Assembly (NCBI GenBank): GCA_903828645.1
Contig: CAIKNA010000035.1
Span: 13,789-77,788, forward strand
Direction: 5' to 3'
From: an uncultured Bacteroidales bacterium
GTDB taxonomy: Bacteria; Bacteroidota; Bacteroidia; Bacteroidales; FEN-979
Length of the DNA: 64,000 nt
Shown here: positions 44,196 through 53,989 of the stretch, piece by piece
How positions within the stretch are numbered: the first letter of the stretch is position 1
How the letters are laid out: each line of letters opens with the position of its first letter
Notes under the pieces: generated by a model
Databases searched by the model: none
Seen by the model: the letters and a program-made list of their open reading frames with translations, nothing else
Told to the model about the DNA's origin: nothing
Position numbers and translations under genes: made by a program

Positions 44196-44528
44196 TTATA
44201 GTAAGCCAAGTTCCAGAAGGGCTGATTCTGACAGCATATCCTTGTCCCATGGAGGTTCGAAGGTGAGTTCAACCCTGACGGTTCCTACACCCTCAACCAT
44301 CTTTACAGTTTCCTGGACCTGCAATGGCATGTCTTCCGCAACAGGACAATTGGGCGAGGTCAGTGTCATAAGGATATAAACATCGTTGGTTTCGTCATTG
44401 ACCTGCAGATTGTAAATCAATCCCAGGTCATAGATATTGACCGGGATCTCCGGATCAAAAACCGACCTGAGGGCAGCGATAATTTTTGATTCAAAGGGGC
44501 TATGGTGAATTTGATTGCTCGATTTCAC
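44196..44528 (-). CDS. DUF59/MIP18-family Fe-S assembly protein (SufT-like), about 110 aa
   Basis: VFDPEIPVNIYDLGLIY...LTSPNCPVAE core. GTG at 44528 was chosen because a TATCTTTG -7 box lies 14 nt upstream, inside the longer ORF-track version (to 44636). Confidence 0.7.
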   Translation of the reverse strand: MKSSNQIHHSPFESKIIAALRSVFDPEIPVNIYDLGLIYNLQVNDETNDVYILMTLTSPNCPVAEDMPLQVQETVKMVEGVGTVRVELTFEPPWDKDMLSESALLELGLL

Positions 44529-44542
44529 GACATTATTTTTTA

Positions 44543-44550
44543 CAAAGATA
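44543..44550 (-). promoter_or_regulatory. Bacteroidota -7 box (TATCTTTG)
   Basis: Exact TAnnTTTG, 14 nt upstream of the GTG at 44528. Confidence 0.45.
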
Positions 44551-44735
44551 GGGTTATTCTTGTTAAGTGAAATACCATTGGATATCAGGGTCAGACCCTC
44601 CCGGAGAATAAAAAACAGCGTTAACCGCCACGACACGACGATGCTGAAACCAATATTGAAAATTCTGATATTACCCTCTATATGGTATCAAAGCGATGGA
44701 GTAAGGAAGGATCACCTCATCCCCTGAGAGTCAGA

Positions 44736-45185
44736 TCAATTGAGGAAGATCGGGCTGTTGTTGTCACAAATCGGAGGGCACGGGCTCAGATTTTTGGCGT
44801 CAGTGTTGTAGATGGTGTTTTTTACAGCATCCAACCCTGCATTGTCAACTCCGACAACAATCCCTATTTTTTTGGCGGTATTGTCCTTGCCCAGGTATAT
44901 CCTGAAGCCCGTCAGTGCCGGATTTTCCCTGATAATATTGTTCATGGCGTCCAACTGCGATTTGTCTATCGAGAATCCTTTGATCACAAGGTTGAGCGGC
45001 ACTGCTCCGGACTGGAAGTTTTTACAATAATTGTGCGCGTCGGATGCCGCAATGGGGGTTACCCCGGGAGTCGGATCTGAATTTGTCTGCCCGTTTTTAA
45101 ATGCAAGTATGCCTATCATTGAAATTCCACAAACCATTCCGGCGATAAAGCCAAAAGCAGTAAAAAAAAATTTATTTGTTTTCAT
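44736..45185 (-). CDS. hypothetical exported protein, 149 aa
   Basis: N-terminal hydrophobic anchor or signal. No family recognised. Confidence 0.55.
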   Translation of the reverse strand: MKTNKFFFTAFGFIAGMVCGISMIGILAFKNGQTNSDPTPGVTPIAASDAHNYCKNFQSGAVPLNLVIKGFSIDKSQLDAMNNIIRENPALTGFRIYLGKDNTAKKIGIVVGVDNAGLDAVKNTIYNTDAKNLSPCPPICDNNSPIFLN

Positions 45186-45230
45186 GGTTTTTTTATTTAG
45201 AATGATATTAAATTAATGATTAATTTCGCT

Positions 45231-45238
45231 CAAAGATA
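45231..45238 (-). promoter_or_regulatory. Bacteroidota -7 box (TATCTTTG)
   Basis: Exact TAnnTTTG, 45 nt upstream of the ATG at 45185. Confidence 0.4.
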
Positions 45239-45333
45239 AATGTTTATAATCATTTACGATGATTTTTTTTATGGCTGTGAGGGTAAACAATCGTGGTTCT
45301 TTTGGAAACTCTGTGAAAATAGGGAAAAACAGG

Positions 45334-47121
45334 ATGAAATCCAAATTTATTTTCTTTCTCCTTCTGATGCTCCTGAACGGAGAATTATTTTGTCAGGTTG
45401 ACCCTTTAACTTATCCTGGCAAATTAAAACACGAGTGCGAATCAACAGGAAACGACAGCCTCAAAATCGAAAAATTGTACGGCATCGCCTTCTTATACTA
45501 CGATTACCTCGGGAATTCAAAATTTGCCGACAGCATCAGTGATATTGCCATCCGCCTGGCAGAGAAAAGTCACCGCACGGAATTGCTTTTCGAGGCATAT
45601 AACGGTTATGTCGAATCCAACGACCTCCATGTCTACCACCGAAAAGCACTTGACTATGCTTTGAAAGCAGAACAGATATCATCTGTCAGCAAAAACGCTG
45701 AGGTCGCCTTCCGCAATTATAAAAATCTGGCTTCGGTATATTTAGCCGGATATGAGTTTGACAAGGCATTAGAGTATAGCTACAAGTTGTTGTCCATTGC
45801 AGGAACTTCAGATAATATCGCGCTGAAAGCTGAAAGTTACCTGTTTATCGGACAATGCCTCGAAGGGAAAAACCAAAAGATTGAAGCCTTCCGCAATTAT
45901 CTGAATGCAGTGAGCCTGGCAGAAAGGACCGGGGACCAGCGGTTGCGGCGCGAATGCTATGCCAGGTTGTCAAACTTCTATAACTTCAGCAAATTATACA
46001 ACAAGGCCACCCATTACAAATTGCTGCAACGCGATCTCATTACCAGGGCGAAACCTGTTGATTCTGTGGCAATGATATGGGCAGAGTACGATTTGCAGGT
46101 GATCGACATAAATTCGAACAACAACCAGATGTATGAAAGCAACATGGAGGAAATCCTCGATTTTGCCATACGCCATAAACACGCCCGGCTGTTGAATTAT
46201 GAGATTGGGCTGATACGCACACACTACATCGAAGCCAATAAGATCGGACTGCTTCATGATCTTTATTACAAAAAGTTCCCTCATGAACTGGCCGGCCTGG
46301 CCTCCGGAGATCCTGCTTTGTATTTCAGGCTCAGAGCCTTTTTCAGCGAAGAAGAACAAAAAACTGATTCAGCCTTGTACTTTTTTAACAAAGCTGAGGA
46401 GATCCTGGCATCGGATCCCAATAAAATCCTCCAGGCCAACTTTTATAACAGGTTTGGGCAGTTTCTGTTGCGGCATGGACTTAAAGAAAAGGCTATCGGG
46501 AAGTTTTCAAAATCACTGGAATTGGCCAGATCAGCATGCTACATTGACTATATGCTGGGTGCGGCCAGGCAACTTGAAGCGATTTACGCCGGGGAAGGGG
46601 ATTATAAAAATGCATTCAACTATTCGGTCATGAACAAGGTTCTGAACGACAGCATGAACAACATGTCGAAAAAAGATCAGCTGCTGATCATGGAGATAGA
46701 CCATGAAACCCGGCAACGTGAACTAGCCGCCGAGCAGGAGAAGCAGGCCACCCTCCGCAGGCATTATTTGCAGTATACTGCAATCACGGTTGGCATTCTT
46801 TCTGCGTTTGTCATCCTCATCATGCTTGGAAGCCTGAAGGTTCCTGAATGGATTATCAGGATGCTGGGCTTTTTCTCCTTCATTTTTCTGTTTGAGTTCA
46901 TAGTTTTGCTGTCAGATCACATGATCGAGGAAATCACCCAGGGCGAACCCTGGAAAGTGCTGCTCATAAAGATATTCCTGATTGCCATCCTGCTGCCTCT
47001 CCACCACAGCATCGAAAAACGAGTCATCACATACCTGTTGAACCATAAACTTCTGGATATTTCAAGGTTTTCGCTGGTGATGCGCTTAAAGGAACAGGCT
47101 AGGAAAATCAGAAGGAAATAA
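45334..47121 (+). CDS. TPR-repeat sensor-like membrane protein lacking an output domain, 595 aa
   Basis: Start moved to MKSKFIFFLLLMLL (ATG at 45334). A long TPR array, a coiled-coil segment (ETRQRELAAEQEKQ), then 3 TM helices, and the protein ends. Confidence 0.65.
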   Translation: MKSKFIFFLLLMLLNGELFCQVDPLTYPGKLKHECESTGNDSLKIEKLYGIAFLYYDYLGNSKFADSISDIAIRLAEKSHRTELLFEAYNGYVESNDLHVYHRKALDYALKAEQISSVSKNAEVAFRNYKNLASVYLAGYEFDKALEYSYKLLSIAGTSDNIALKAESYLFIGQCLEGKNQKIEAFRNYLNAVSLAERTGDQRLRRECYARLSNFYNFSKLYNKATHYKLLQRDLITRAKPVDSVAMIWAEYDLQVIDINSNNNQMYESNMEEILDFAIRHKHARLLNYEIGLIRTHYIEANKIGLLHDLYYKKFPHELAGLASGDPALYFRLRAFFSEEEQKTDSALYFFNKAEEILASDPNKILQANFYNRFGQFLLRHGLKEKAIGKFSKSLELARSACYIDYMLGAARQLEAIYAGEGDYKNAFNYSVMNKVLNDSMNNMSKKDQLLIMEIDHETRQRELAAEQEKQATLRRHYLQYTAITVGILSAFVILIMLGSLKVPEWIIRMLGFFSFIFLFEFIVLLSDHMIEEITQGEPWKVLLIKIFLIAILLPLHHSIEKRVITYLLNHKLLDISRFSLVMRLKEQARKIRRK

Positions 47122-47157
47122 ATTTTTTCGTACCTTTCGAACATTCAAAAAAACAAG

Positions 47158-48468
47158 ATGTTCCGGAAAATACTTGATAGATTTAAAATCGCTTCATTAA
47201 ACGAGATGCAACGGGCCACCATCGCTGCCACGAAAAAGTCGGCCGGTATTGTACTGCTTTCACCTACCGGATCGGGAAAAACCCTTGCTTTTCTCCTGCC
47301 TTTATCCGGGTACCTGGATGCTGAAAATACCGGAGTGCAGGCATTGATCCTGGTCCCATCGAGAGAACTGGCCCTGCAGATCGAGCAGGTTTTTAAGAAA
47401 ATGGATACCGGTTTTAAGGTGAACTGTTTTTATGGCGGGCACCTTACCAAAACGGAAAAAAATAATTTGACTCACCCGGCTGCGGTACTGATCGGAACAC
47501 CTGGCAGGATTGCCTACCACATCCGTAATAATCACTTTGAAACCGGGAGCATCCATACACTTGTACTGGATGAATTTGACAAGGCTTTGGAATTCGGGTT
47601 CAGGGAGGAGATGGCATTCATCATCGGACAGCTGAAAAAGGTAACCCGGCGAATCCTGACTTCGGCAACACCCATGGACGAAATTCCCTCCTTTACAGGA
47701 ATAAGAAATCCTGTGGAAATCAATTTTTTAAACAGCGCTTCTCCTACAACGGGCGGACTGATAGTGAAATATCTCAGGGCGGGGGATGCCGATAAGCTGA
47801 AGGTGTTGTTTTCATTGATATGCAAGCTGCAAAACAGGCCGACCCTGGTATTTTGCAATCACCGCGAAGCGGTGGAACGCATTGGAATGCTACTGGCGGA
47901 GAAGGGGCTTGCTCATGGTATTTTCCATGGAGGCATGGAGCAGGATGAACGCGAGCGAACCCTGATAAAATTCAGAAATGGAAGTCATCGTTTGCTTGTC
48001 ACTACCGATCTTGCTTCGCGCGGGCTCGATATCCCCGAAATAGAGGCGGTGATCCACTACCAGTTACCGGCAACAATGGACATTTTCACACACAGGAATG
48101 GCAGGACGGCACGCATGAATGCATCAGGTACTTCATACCTGCTGCTGGCGGAAAATGATCATTTGCCTAAATTTATTAAGGAACCTCCCGAGGCAGAACC
48201 CTTGCCTGAAAAAAATACACTCCCGGGGAAATCACCCTGGCGTACCTTGTTCATTGCTGCCGGGAAAAAGGAAAAGATCAACAAAATGGATGTGGTCGGC
48301 ATGCTTCTCCAAAAAGGCAAACTGGCAAAAGAGGAATTGGGACTTGTAGAAATCCTGGATCATTCGTCCTATGCTGCCGTGCGCAGCGATAAGATAGAAA
48401 AAGTTGTGAACCTCATAAGGAGTGAAAAAATCAAGAACAAAAAGGTCAGGATTGAAATCTCCGGGTGA
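47158..48468 (+). CDS. DEAD-box RNA helicase with DbpA-type C-terminal RNA-binding domain, 436 aa
   Basis: Motif I SPTGSGKT, motif II variant DEFD, motif III SAT, motif VI HRNGRTAR. The C-terminal GKKEKINKMDVVG...V matches the DbpA RBD. Confidence 0.85.
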   Translation: MFRKILDRFKIASLNEMQRATIAATKKSAGIVLLSPTGSGKTLAFLLPLSGYLDAENTGVQALILVPSRELALQIEQVFKKMDTGFKVNCFYGGHLTKTEKNNLTHPAAVLIGTPGRIAYHIRNNHFETGSIHTLVLDEFDKALEFGFREEMAFIIGQLKKVTRRILTSATPMDEIPSFTGIRNPVEINFLNSASPTTGGLIVKYLRAGDADKLKVLFSLICKLQNRPTLVFCNHREAVERIGMLLAEKGLAHGIFHGGMEQDERERTLIKFRNGSHRLLVTTDLASRGLDIPEIEAVIHYQLPATMDIFTHRNGRTARMNASGTSYLLLAENDHLPKFIKEPPEAEPLPEKNTLPGKSPWRTLFIAAGKKEKINKMDVVGMLLQKGKLAKEELGLVEILDHSSYAAVRSDKIEKVVNLIRSEKIKNKKVRIEISG

Positions 48469-48483
48469 ATAAACGCCCGGAGA
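48458..48483. terminator. hairpin between convergent genes (tctccggg-tgaataaacg-cccggaga)
   Basis: 8-bp perfect stem. The helicase TGA (48466-68) sits in the loop. Confidence 0.45.
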
Positions 48484-48495
48484 TTCCATGCCTGG

Positions 48496-51400
48496 TTAAC
48501 GTGTTTTTATCAATTTGGAGGTGAAAATGGTTTCACCTGCAACCACTTTGATAAAGTAAACCCCGGCCGGTTTGTCCGCAAGCGAAAATTCATGTGCTGT
48601 TTCTCCTGAAAGAGATTCCGACAAAATCTTTTCGCCGCGCATGTTGTAGATTTCAACCCGGATCTGTTCTGTGGGAAGTTTACCGGTCAGTTCCATCCTG
48701 AATTTTCCGGCAGTAGGATTGGGATAAATCCTGAAGGCTGGTTTTTCAACAACCAGGGGATTTACATCTACCCCCAGATCAGCGGTGACAATTGACGCAG
48801 ATTTCAAACCGCAGAAAGGACCATGGAGCGCGATTGTGCCATGCATGTATCCACCCGGCTTTATATGAGTGCCAGGCAGGTAGTCGATACTTATCCCGGC
48901 TATCATCGTGGCGACACCCTGGTTTTCCACAGTGAACGTTGTTCCGCTGCCGGCAACCGTGATGGTCTGGGTAGCATCATAGCACTTTGATTGTCCGCCA
49001 GGGACCGTTTCATTCTGAACAATTGCGACCGGGGGAGGACCGGTCAGGGTCAGACAGGTATCCAGGGTAGTGGTCATGCCATTGAGTACCATGGTTCCGG
49101 GAACAGATTTGGAAACGTAACCTGTCATGCTGAACTGAACATCATAGGCTCCGACAGGAATGTTCAAAAACTGGTAAAACCCTGAAGCATCGGTTGTGGT
49201 TGTACTTAAACCCGCAGCAACTGAGACACCCTGCAGCAGGGAGGCGTGCGAACAATCGGTAACAATACCCTGCAATGTACCTGTTTGTGGTATTCCAAGG
49301 AGCGATATGTCATCAATTTGCCAGGAACCAATATCCCAGGAATTGCCGTTTACCGCGAAGGCAAACTGGAATGTTGCTGAACCGACATCGGGGGTGGTTA
49401 TTGGAAAACTTAATGTTTGAGGACCCAAAGCCCCATTTAGAGCAGCTGACCAAAGTGAATGCCAGGTAATCCCCCCGTCGCTGGTGGTCCATAATTCGCA
49501 GGTAGTTCCGGAACTGTATGCGTAGATGGATTGCTTAAACGAGATATCAAGTTCAGCCATTCCGGCTGAATTGATAACGGGCGAAGTCATATAAGACCTG
49601 CCACTGAAATAGTTATTATAAGGAAGAAAAGTGAGCTCAGGAGCTGATCCTCCTGCATTGTTTGATTCGGCCACGACCCAGTTGGTGGAGCCCCCTGCTC
49701 CATGCACCTGCCAGCATTGTGGTGAAATGCCAACAGCCTGTGAAGTGAAGTGTTCCGTAAAAGGCAAATTTGTCGCCGCAGAACAGGGTAGGAAAAAGGT
49801 AAATGGACCGGCCCAATAACTTGTGGATCCATTCCCGCAATCACCCTGTACATAATAACTGTATGCGTACCCTTCCAGCAGCCCGGATAAATGGTAAGGA
49901 TTCGATCCTGTCGCGCTGATCATTGTCCCGGTACCCCGGCTAAACCCCGCGAGTCCCCATTCTATGTTCCATAAACCGGAATTGGAGGTCCATTCGAGAT
50001 CGGCAGAAGTTGAGGTGATATTTACGGCATTGAGTGCGACCGGCGTCAGACAATTGTTGCCGGTGAGGGTAATCCAATAGCGGTTCAGTGAATCGCATGC
50101 CACCTGTTCCGCATAGGAAGGGGCTACATAAATAAAATAGGTTCCGGGTACGATAAGCTGTGTGGTGATCGAATTGGTATATCCCGCTCCGCTGTTCATG
50201 GTTGAATATACAGTGGTTGACGGACAGGGTGCTGAAGCGATGTTCATTGTGTAGGTGAACTCAGCATTTCCGGTAAGTGTCACATCCATGGGCTGAGTGA
50301 GCGTAAATGAATACCAGTCGGAATCCCGGTGTGTTCTTGACAACCAGCTGGTGCCGCACACCGTTTCATTAAAGGAAATGGCCTCAAATGCAGGAGGTAC
50401 CTGGTCACAACCATTGGTGTTGGTGCCGCAAACTTCAAATTCGGGGGTTGCCCCCGCCGGACAGTTAAAGTAATGGGTACGGAAAGTTTTCTTTACCCGG
50501 GCGCTTGCATCTGTCGGGCTGCAATAGGTGCTGACGTAAAAATCATATTCAGCACCCGGGTTCAGGTTTGTTAAGGGATATTCCGGTGTCGTATTGACGA
50601 GCGCGGTGGTCCCGTATCCTGGTGTAAACCCCGAGGGACCCCATTCGATCATCCATTGCAAATTGGTGGAAATCGTGGATGGTGTCCATGAAAGCTCTGC
50701 CGACGTGGTGGTTAAGGTTGTATTGGATACTGTCAAGTTTGTAGGCGGAAAACAGGTATAGACATCCACATGTACCGGCCCGACCCAAACAGATTCTCCA
50801 AAATCGTACTGGGCGGCAACTGCATAATCATACCCGCCTTTGGCAAGTGTAAGGTCATCATAAGTCAACACCGGGATATTGTCGGCGATCTTCTCACCGT
50901 TGCGGTAAACATTGTATCCGGTCATGGTTGTAAGCGGGGTATGGGAAGCAGGGAATACGGGCCTGGGCAGGACGAGGCCGGCCACGGGCAGTGCGGGAGA
51001 CAATGGTCCGGATGGTGTCTGACCGGACAGAATAAAACGGGGTTTCACCGATGAAGAGATTGGCGTCGTCATTATGGGCGGTGGGGAAGGTTTTTGGACC
51101 ATCGGGATTGCCTGTTGTGCGGCAAGCACAGGATTTTCGGAAACGAATCCTTCGAGAGTCCAGTTAAACTCCCAGCCCCATGCCTCTTTTACGGAGAACC
51201 AATCCCCGCCGCTGTTGATCATATCACCCTTTCCGGTGACAGCCGGGCCCGACCCCAATCCTGCAGGGTACCCCATGGTTTGATTTATCTCATAACCAAA
51301 CCAGAATTCCTCGGTGCCATCGATCAGGACCGGTGTGGAGAGTGTCACTTCATTCCACCCGCCGATGATCGGGTTGTCGACAACCTGCGAAAGAAGCAGG

Positions 51401-53634
51401 GTGGATGCATTGGTTCCTTTCCAGACCTTTAACGTATAGGAGGCGGTTGCCTCGTTAGGAGCGAAACGGATCTTTTTAAGGTAACTGCCACCATACGGGG
51501 TAATATCGGGAATCGGCCACCTGGATGCAACACTGAAGATGGTTGGTCCGTAATATCCAAGCCCGCCATATATTTGACCGTTGTCCCAACGGATCCATTG
51601 ATCTGCGATTGACCCGGGAGGCAGCCAGGTTAAATGAACATTGTTCTGCAAAGGTCCGTTAATGCTGGCTTGTAAACCTATCGGAGGAGCGTAGTAGGGA
51701 GATATACAGAAGTCGCGGGTGATGCTGTCTCCTTGCGCGATAGTGGCTGGGGAAACGGTCTGGCTGGCATCATGATAAATGGCCGAAATATTGGAATAGG
51801 TTCCGACCGGCAAATTTAACAGGTAATACCCTGATGCATCAGATGTGGTTGAACATGTACCGGCAAGAATGGTCGCCCCCATGATGGGGACCGTACAATC
51901 CGGAAGTTCGGTGATTTGGCCTTTCAGGACTCCAAAAACCGTGTCAATCTGAAACTGGACCTGGGCGATGTTCCAGTCAGGATCAAAAATGGCGTTGGGC
52001 GGCGAAGTAGGATCAGGGTTAGTATTGTCGCTGTATGTAAGTAATCCGCGGGGTGCGCCGCTGTAAAACGATCCCCATTGGGCCGTACAGTCATTACCAC
52101 TTGAATTTTCATCCACTGCAACCACTATGCTGTTCCCGGAATAATAAAAGGGAACGGGTAAAGTGATTTCCATCCAGGTTCCTTCAACAGGATTGGGAAT
52201 CAGTCCGGAGAAGACCTGTTTCATAGCAGTAGCCGGAATCCAGTCGGATATGCCCGCAAACTCAGTTTTGGAGGTGTTTCCCAGGTAAACAGTCCAGTTG
52301 TTCCAGTGTGAAAATTGTGAACCCCCACCGGCATAATAGAACCTGACCTTTGAAATGAGGCCTTTTGATGCGCCGCCCGAGGTTATTTCACTTCCCAGAT
52401 AGATCTGCTGACTGTAATTAAAGCTGTAACATGAATTAATCGGCAACGTTCCTGTTGCATCAGTACCTGACCCTATCTGAACAGTCACTCCTGTCCCGGT
52501 GCCATTTTCATAAGCCCCCATGTCGATGAGGTTGTTACTTATCCTGGGATTTCCATCGAGATCGAGCATCTGTGTGTTAAATGAATTATCACCTGCATCG
52601 ATGCAGGGACTTCCGTTGGCCAGCCTGAAGTTACCCGCTGCCGGATTGATAAAATCCGGATTGGAAGAGATATTTCCTGTTCCCGCGGGTAAGGGAGAGG
52701 TAGAGCAATTGATGAATGAACTCCCGTCATAATTAGTGGTATCGCCGGCAGTGTTGGTATTCCCCCACAGGATGCAATTCCGGAACTCCCCGCCGTCAAT
52801 CACATTGGCGGTTCCTCCCCAGTTCAATGCGGTATTGTTGACAATGGTGCACCCGGTAACGAAAATTCCCTGGCTCCCGTAATAGTCACCCCAGTCGCAA
52901 TAAACCCCTCCACCGCCTATCTGTGCATTCGGAGCACTGTTGTTGGCAATAAGACAATTTACCAGCTTCGCCGCATGATAGAGATTCACTCCTCCGCCAC
53001 CGCCGTTGAAATCACAGTTACAGGTAATGGTGTTGCCGGTAATGATGGAATTGACAATTTGTGCATCGGCATTGCAGTCACCCATAAATACCCCTCCGCC
53101 AAAATTATCTGCAGAATTATTTTGAATGGTGCATTCTATTATGTTCGCACTTGCCAATAATCCATTGATAGCCAGTCCTCCTCCATATCCGGGCGCATAA
53201 TTATTTTTGATGATGCAATTCATGATCTGAGGGGATGCATCCGATATGAAAATCCCTCCTCCGTAGGTCAGGCCGTATTCAGACGAAGAATTCCCGTGCT
53301 GGATCGTAAATCCAATCACCTGGCACGCTGAACTCTCCCCTGAACTGATTGTAACAACACGCCCGACATTGGATCCGTCAATGATTGTAGTGGCTATAAA
53401 CGCTGAATTCCCCGTTGTAAAAAAATTGGAACACAGAATGATATTTTTGCCGTAGAGGTTTAAATTCTCATAATAGGTGTTCGGTTCTACCAGAACGACA
53501 TCTCCGTTTACAGCAGCATCGATGCCCGACTGGATGGAACTGTATGTTGCAGGTACATGCAGGATGGTGCAGAACCCCATGAAAGGAATAAAAGCGATTA
53601 ACAGGAGGAACGTCAATAAATGAATTTTTTTCAT
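48496..53634 (-). CDS. giant T9SS-secreted protein, 1712 aa: parallel beta-helix repeats + CarboxypepD_reg-like + FN3 + MAM-like domains + Cys-bracketed module + Por C-terminal sorting domain
   Basis: Signal peptide. PbH1-like repeats (GGGIFI...NCIIKNN, GGGLAI...CTIQNN, GGGVFM...). Two DASGxYxxxNxPxGxY carboxypeptidase-regulatory-like domains. Two FN3-like segments (AELSWTP..., ADLEWTS...). C-terminal FRIYPNPTAGKF...GVYFIKV tail. Confidence 0.8.
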   Translation of the reverse strand: MKKIHLLTFLLLIAFIPFMGFCTILHVPATYSSIQSGIDAAVNGDVVLVEPNTYYENLNLYGKNIILCSNFFTTGNSAFIATTIIDGSNVGRVVTISSGESSACQVIGFTIQHGNSSSEYGLTYGGGIFISDASPQIMNCIIKNNYAPGYGGGLAINGLLASANIIECTIQNNSADNFGGGVFMGDCNADAQIVNSIITGNTITCNCDFNGGGGGVNLYHAAKLVNCLIANNSAPNAQIGGGGVYCDWGDYYGSQGIFVTGCTIVNNTALNWGGTANVIDGGEFRNCILWGNTNTAGDTTNYDGSSFINCSTSPLPAGTGNISSNPDFINPAAGNFRLANGSPCIDAGDNSFNTQMLDLDGNPRISNNLIDMGAYENGTGTGVTVQIGSGTDATGTLPINSCYSFNYSQQIYLGSEITSGGASKGLISKVRFYYAGGGSQFSHWNNWTVYLGNTSKTEFAGISDWIPATAMKQVFSGLIPNPVEGTWMEITLPVPFYYSGNSIVVAVDENSSGNDCTAQWGSFYSGAPRGLLTYSDNTNPDPTSPPNAIFDPDWNIAQVQFQIDTVFGVLKGQITELPDCTVPIMGATILAGTCSTTSDASGYYLLNLPVGTYSNISAIYHDASQTVSPATIAQGDSITRDFCISPYYAPPIGLQASINGPLQNNVHLTWLPPGSIADQWIRWDNGQIYGGLGYYGPTIFSVASRWPIPDITPYGGSYLKKIRFAPNEATASYTLKVWKGTNASTLLLSQVVDNPIIGGWNEVTLSTPVLIDGTEEFWFGYEINQTMGYPAGLGSGPAVTGKGDMINSGGDWFSVKEAWGWEFNWTLEGFVSENPVLAAQQAIPMVQKPSPPPIMTTPISSSVKPRFILSGQTPSGPLSPALPVAGLVLPRPVFPASHTPLTTMTGYNVYRNGEKIADNIPVLTYDDLTLAKGGYDYAVAAQYDFGESVWVGPVHVDVYTCFPPTNLTVSNTTLTTTSAELSWTPSTISTNLQWMIEWGPSGFTPGYGTTALVNTTPEYPLTNLNPGAEYDFYVSTYCSPTDASARVKKTFRTHYFNCPAGATPEFEVCGTNTNGCDQVPPAFEAISFNETVCGTSWLSRTHRDSDWYSFTLTQPMDVTLTGNAEFTYTMNIASAPCPSTTVYSTMNSGAGYTNSITTQLIVPGTYFIYVAPSYAEQVACDSLNRYWITLTGNNCLTPVALNAVNITSTSADLEWTSNSGLWNIEWGLAGFSRGTGTMISATGSNPYHLSGLLEGYAYSYYVQGDCGNGSTSYWAGPFTFFLPCSAATNLPFTEHFTSQAVGISPQCWQVHGAGGSTNWVVAESNNAGGSAPELTFLPYNNYFSGRSYMTSPVINSAGMAELDISFKQSIYAYSSGTTCELWTTSDGGITWHSLWSAALNGALGPQTLSFPITTPDVGSATFQFAFAVNGNSWDIGSWQIDDISLLGIPQTGTLQGIVTDCSHASLLQGVSVAAGLSTTTTDASGFYQFLNIPVGAYDVQFSMTGYVSKSVPGTMVLNGMTTTLDTCLTLTGPPPVAIVQNETVPGGQSKCYDATQTITVAGSGTTFTVENQGVATMIAGISIDYLPGTHIKPGGYMHGTIALHGPFCGLKSASIVTADLGVDVNPLVVEKPAFRIYPNPTAGKFRMELTGKLPTEQIRVEIYNMRGEKILSESLSGETAHEFSLADKPAGVYFIKVVAGETIFTSKLIKTR

Positions 53635-53965
53635 GGCAAACGTTTTTTGGAATTATTAAGTTGAATCAAGGGTGTGAATACGCCCGATGAGATGCAAAGG
53701 ATGCAATGTGCGAATGGCCTCTGTTGATTGTAATACCTGATCAAGGATAACGTTCTAAGGGATAAGTGAATCTGCTCCAATAAATGGATTTAGATTGAAT
53801 AAACAAAGATACACCCTAAAAGCCGAAAACATTCTCTGTTAACATTTTTTAACAGTTCAGGCTGTTGGGGAAGAGAAAGGAGTAAATATTTTTTATTCAG
53901 TAACGATTAATAGACATGACATCCCTGCCGGCTATACCTTTGTGGCAGCCAGCGGGGGTGGTGTA

Positions 53966-53989
53966 AGCCCGGAAAGGGAGTTCCGGGCT
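53966..53989 (-). terminator. GC-rich hairpin directly after the small Lys-rich ORF (agcccgga-aagggagt-tccgggct)
   Basis: 8-bp perfect stem overlapping the stop codon. No clear U tract. Confidence 0.35.
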
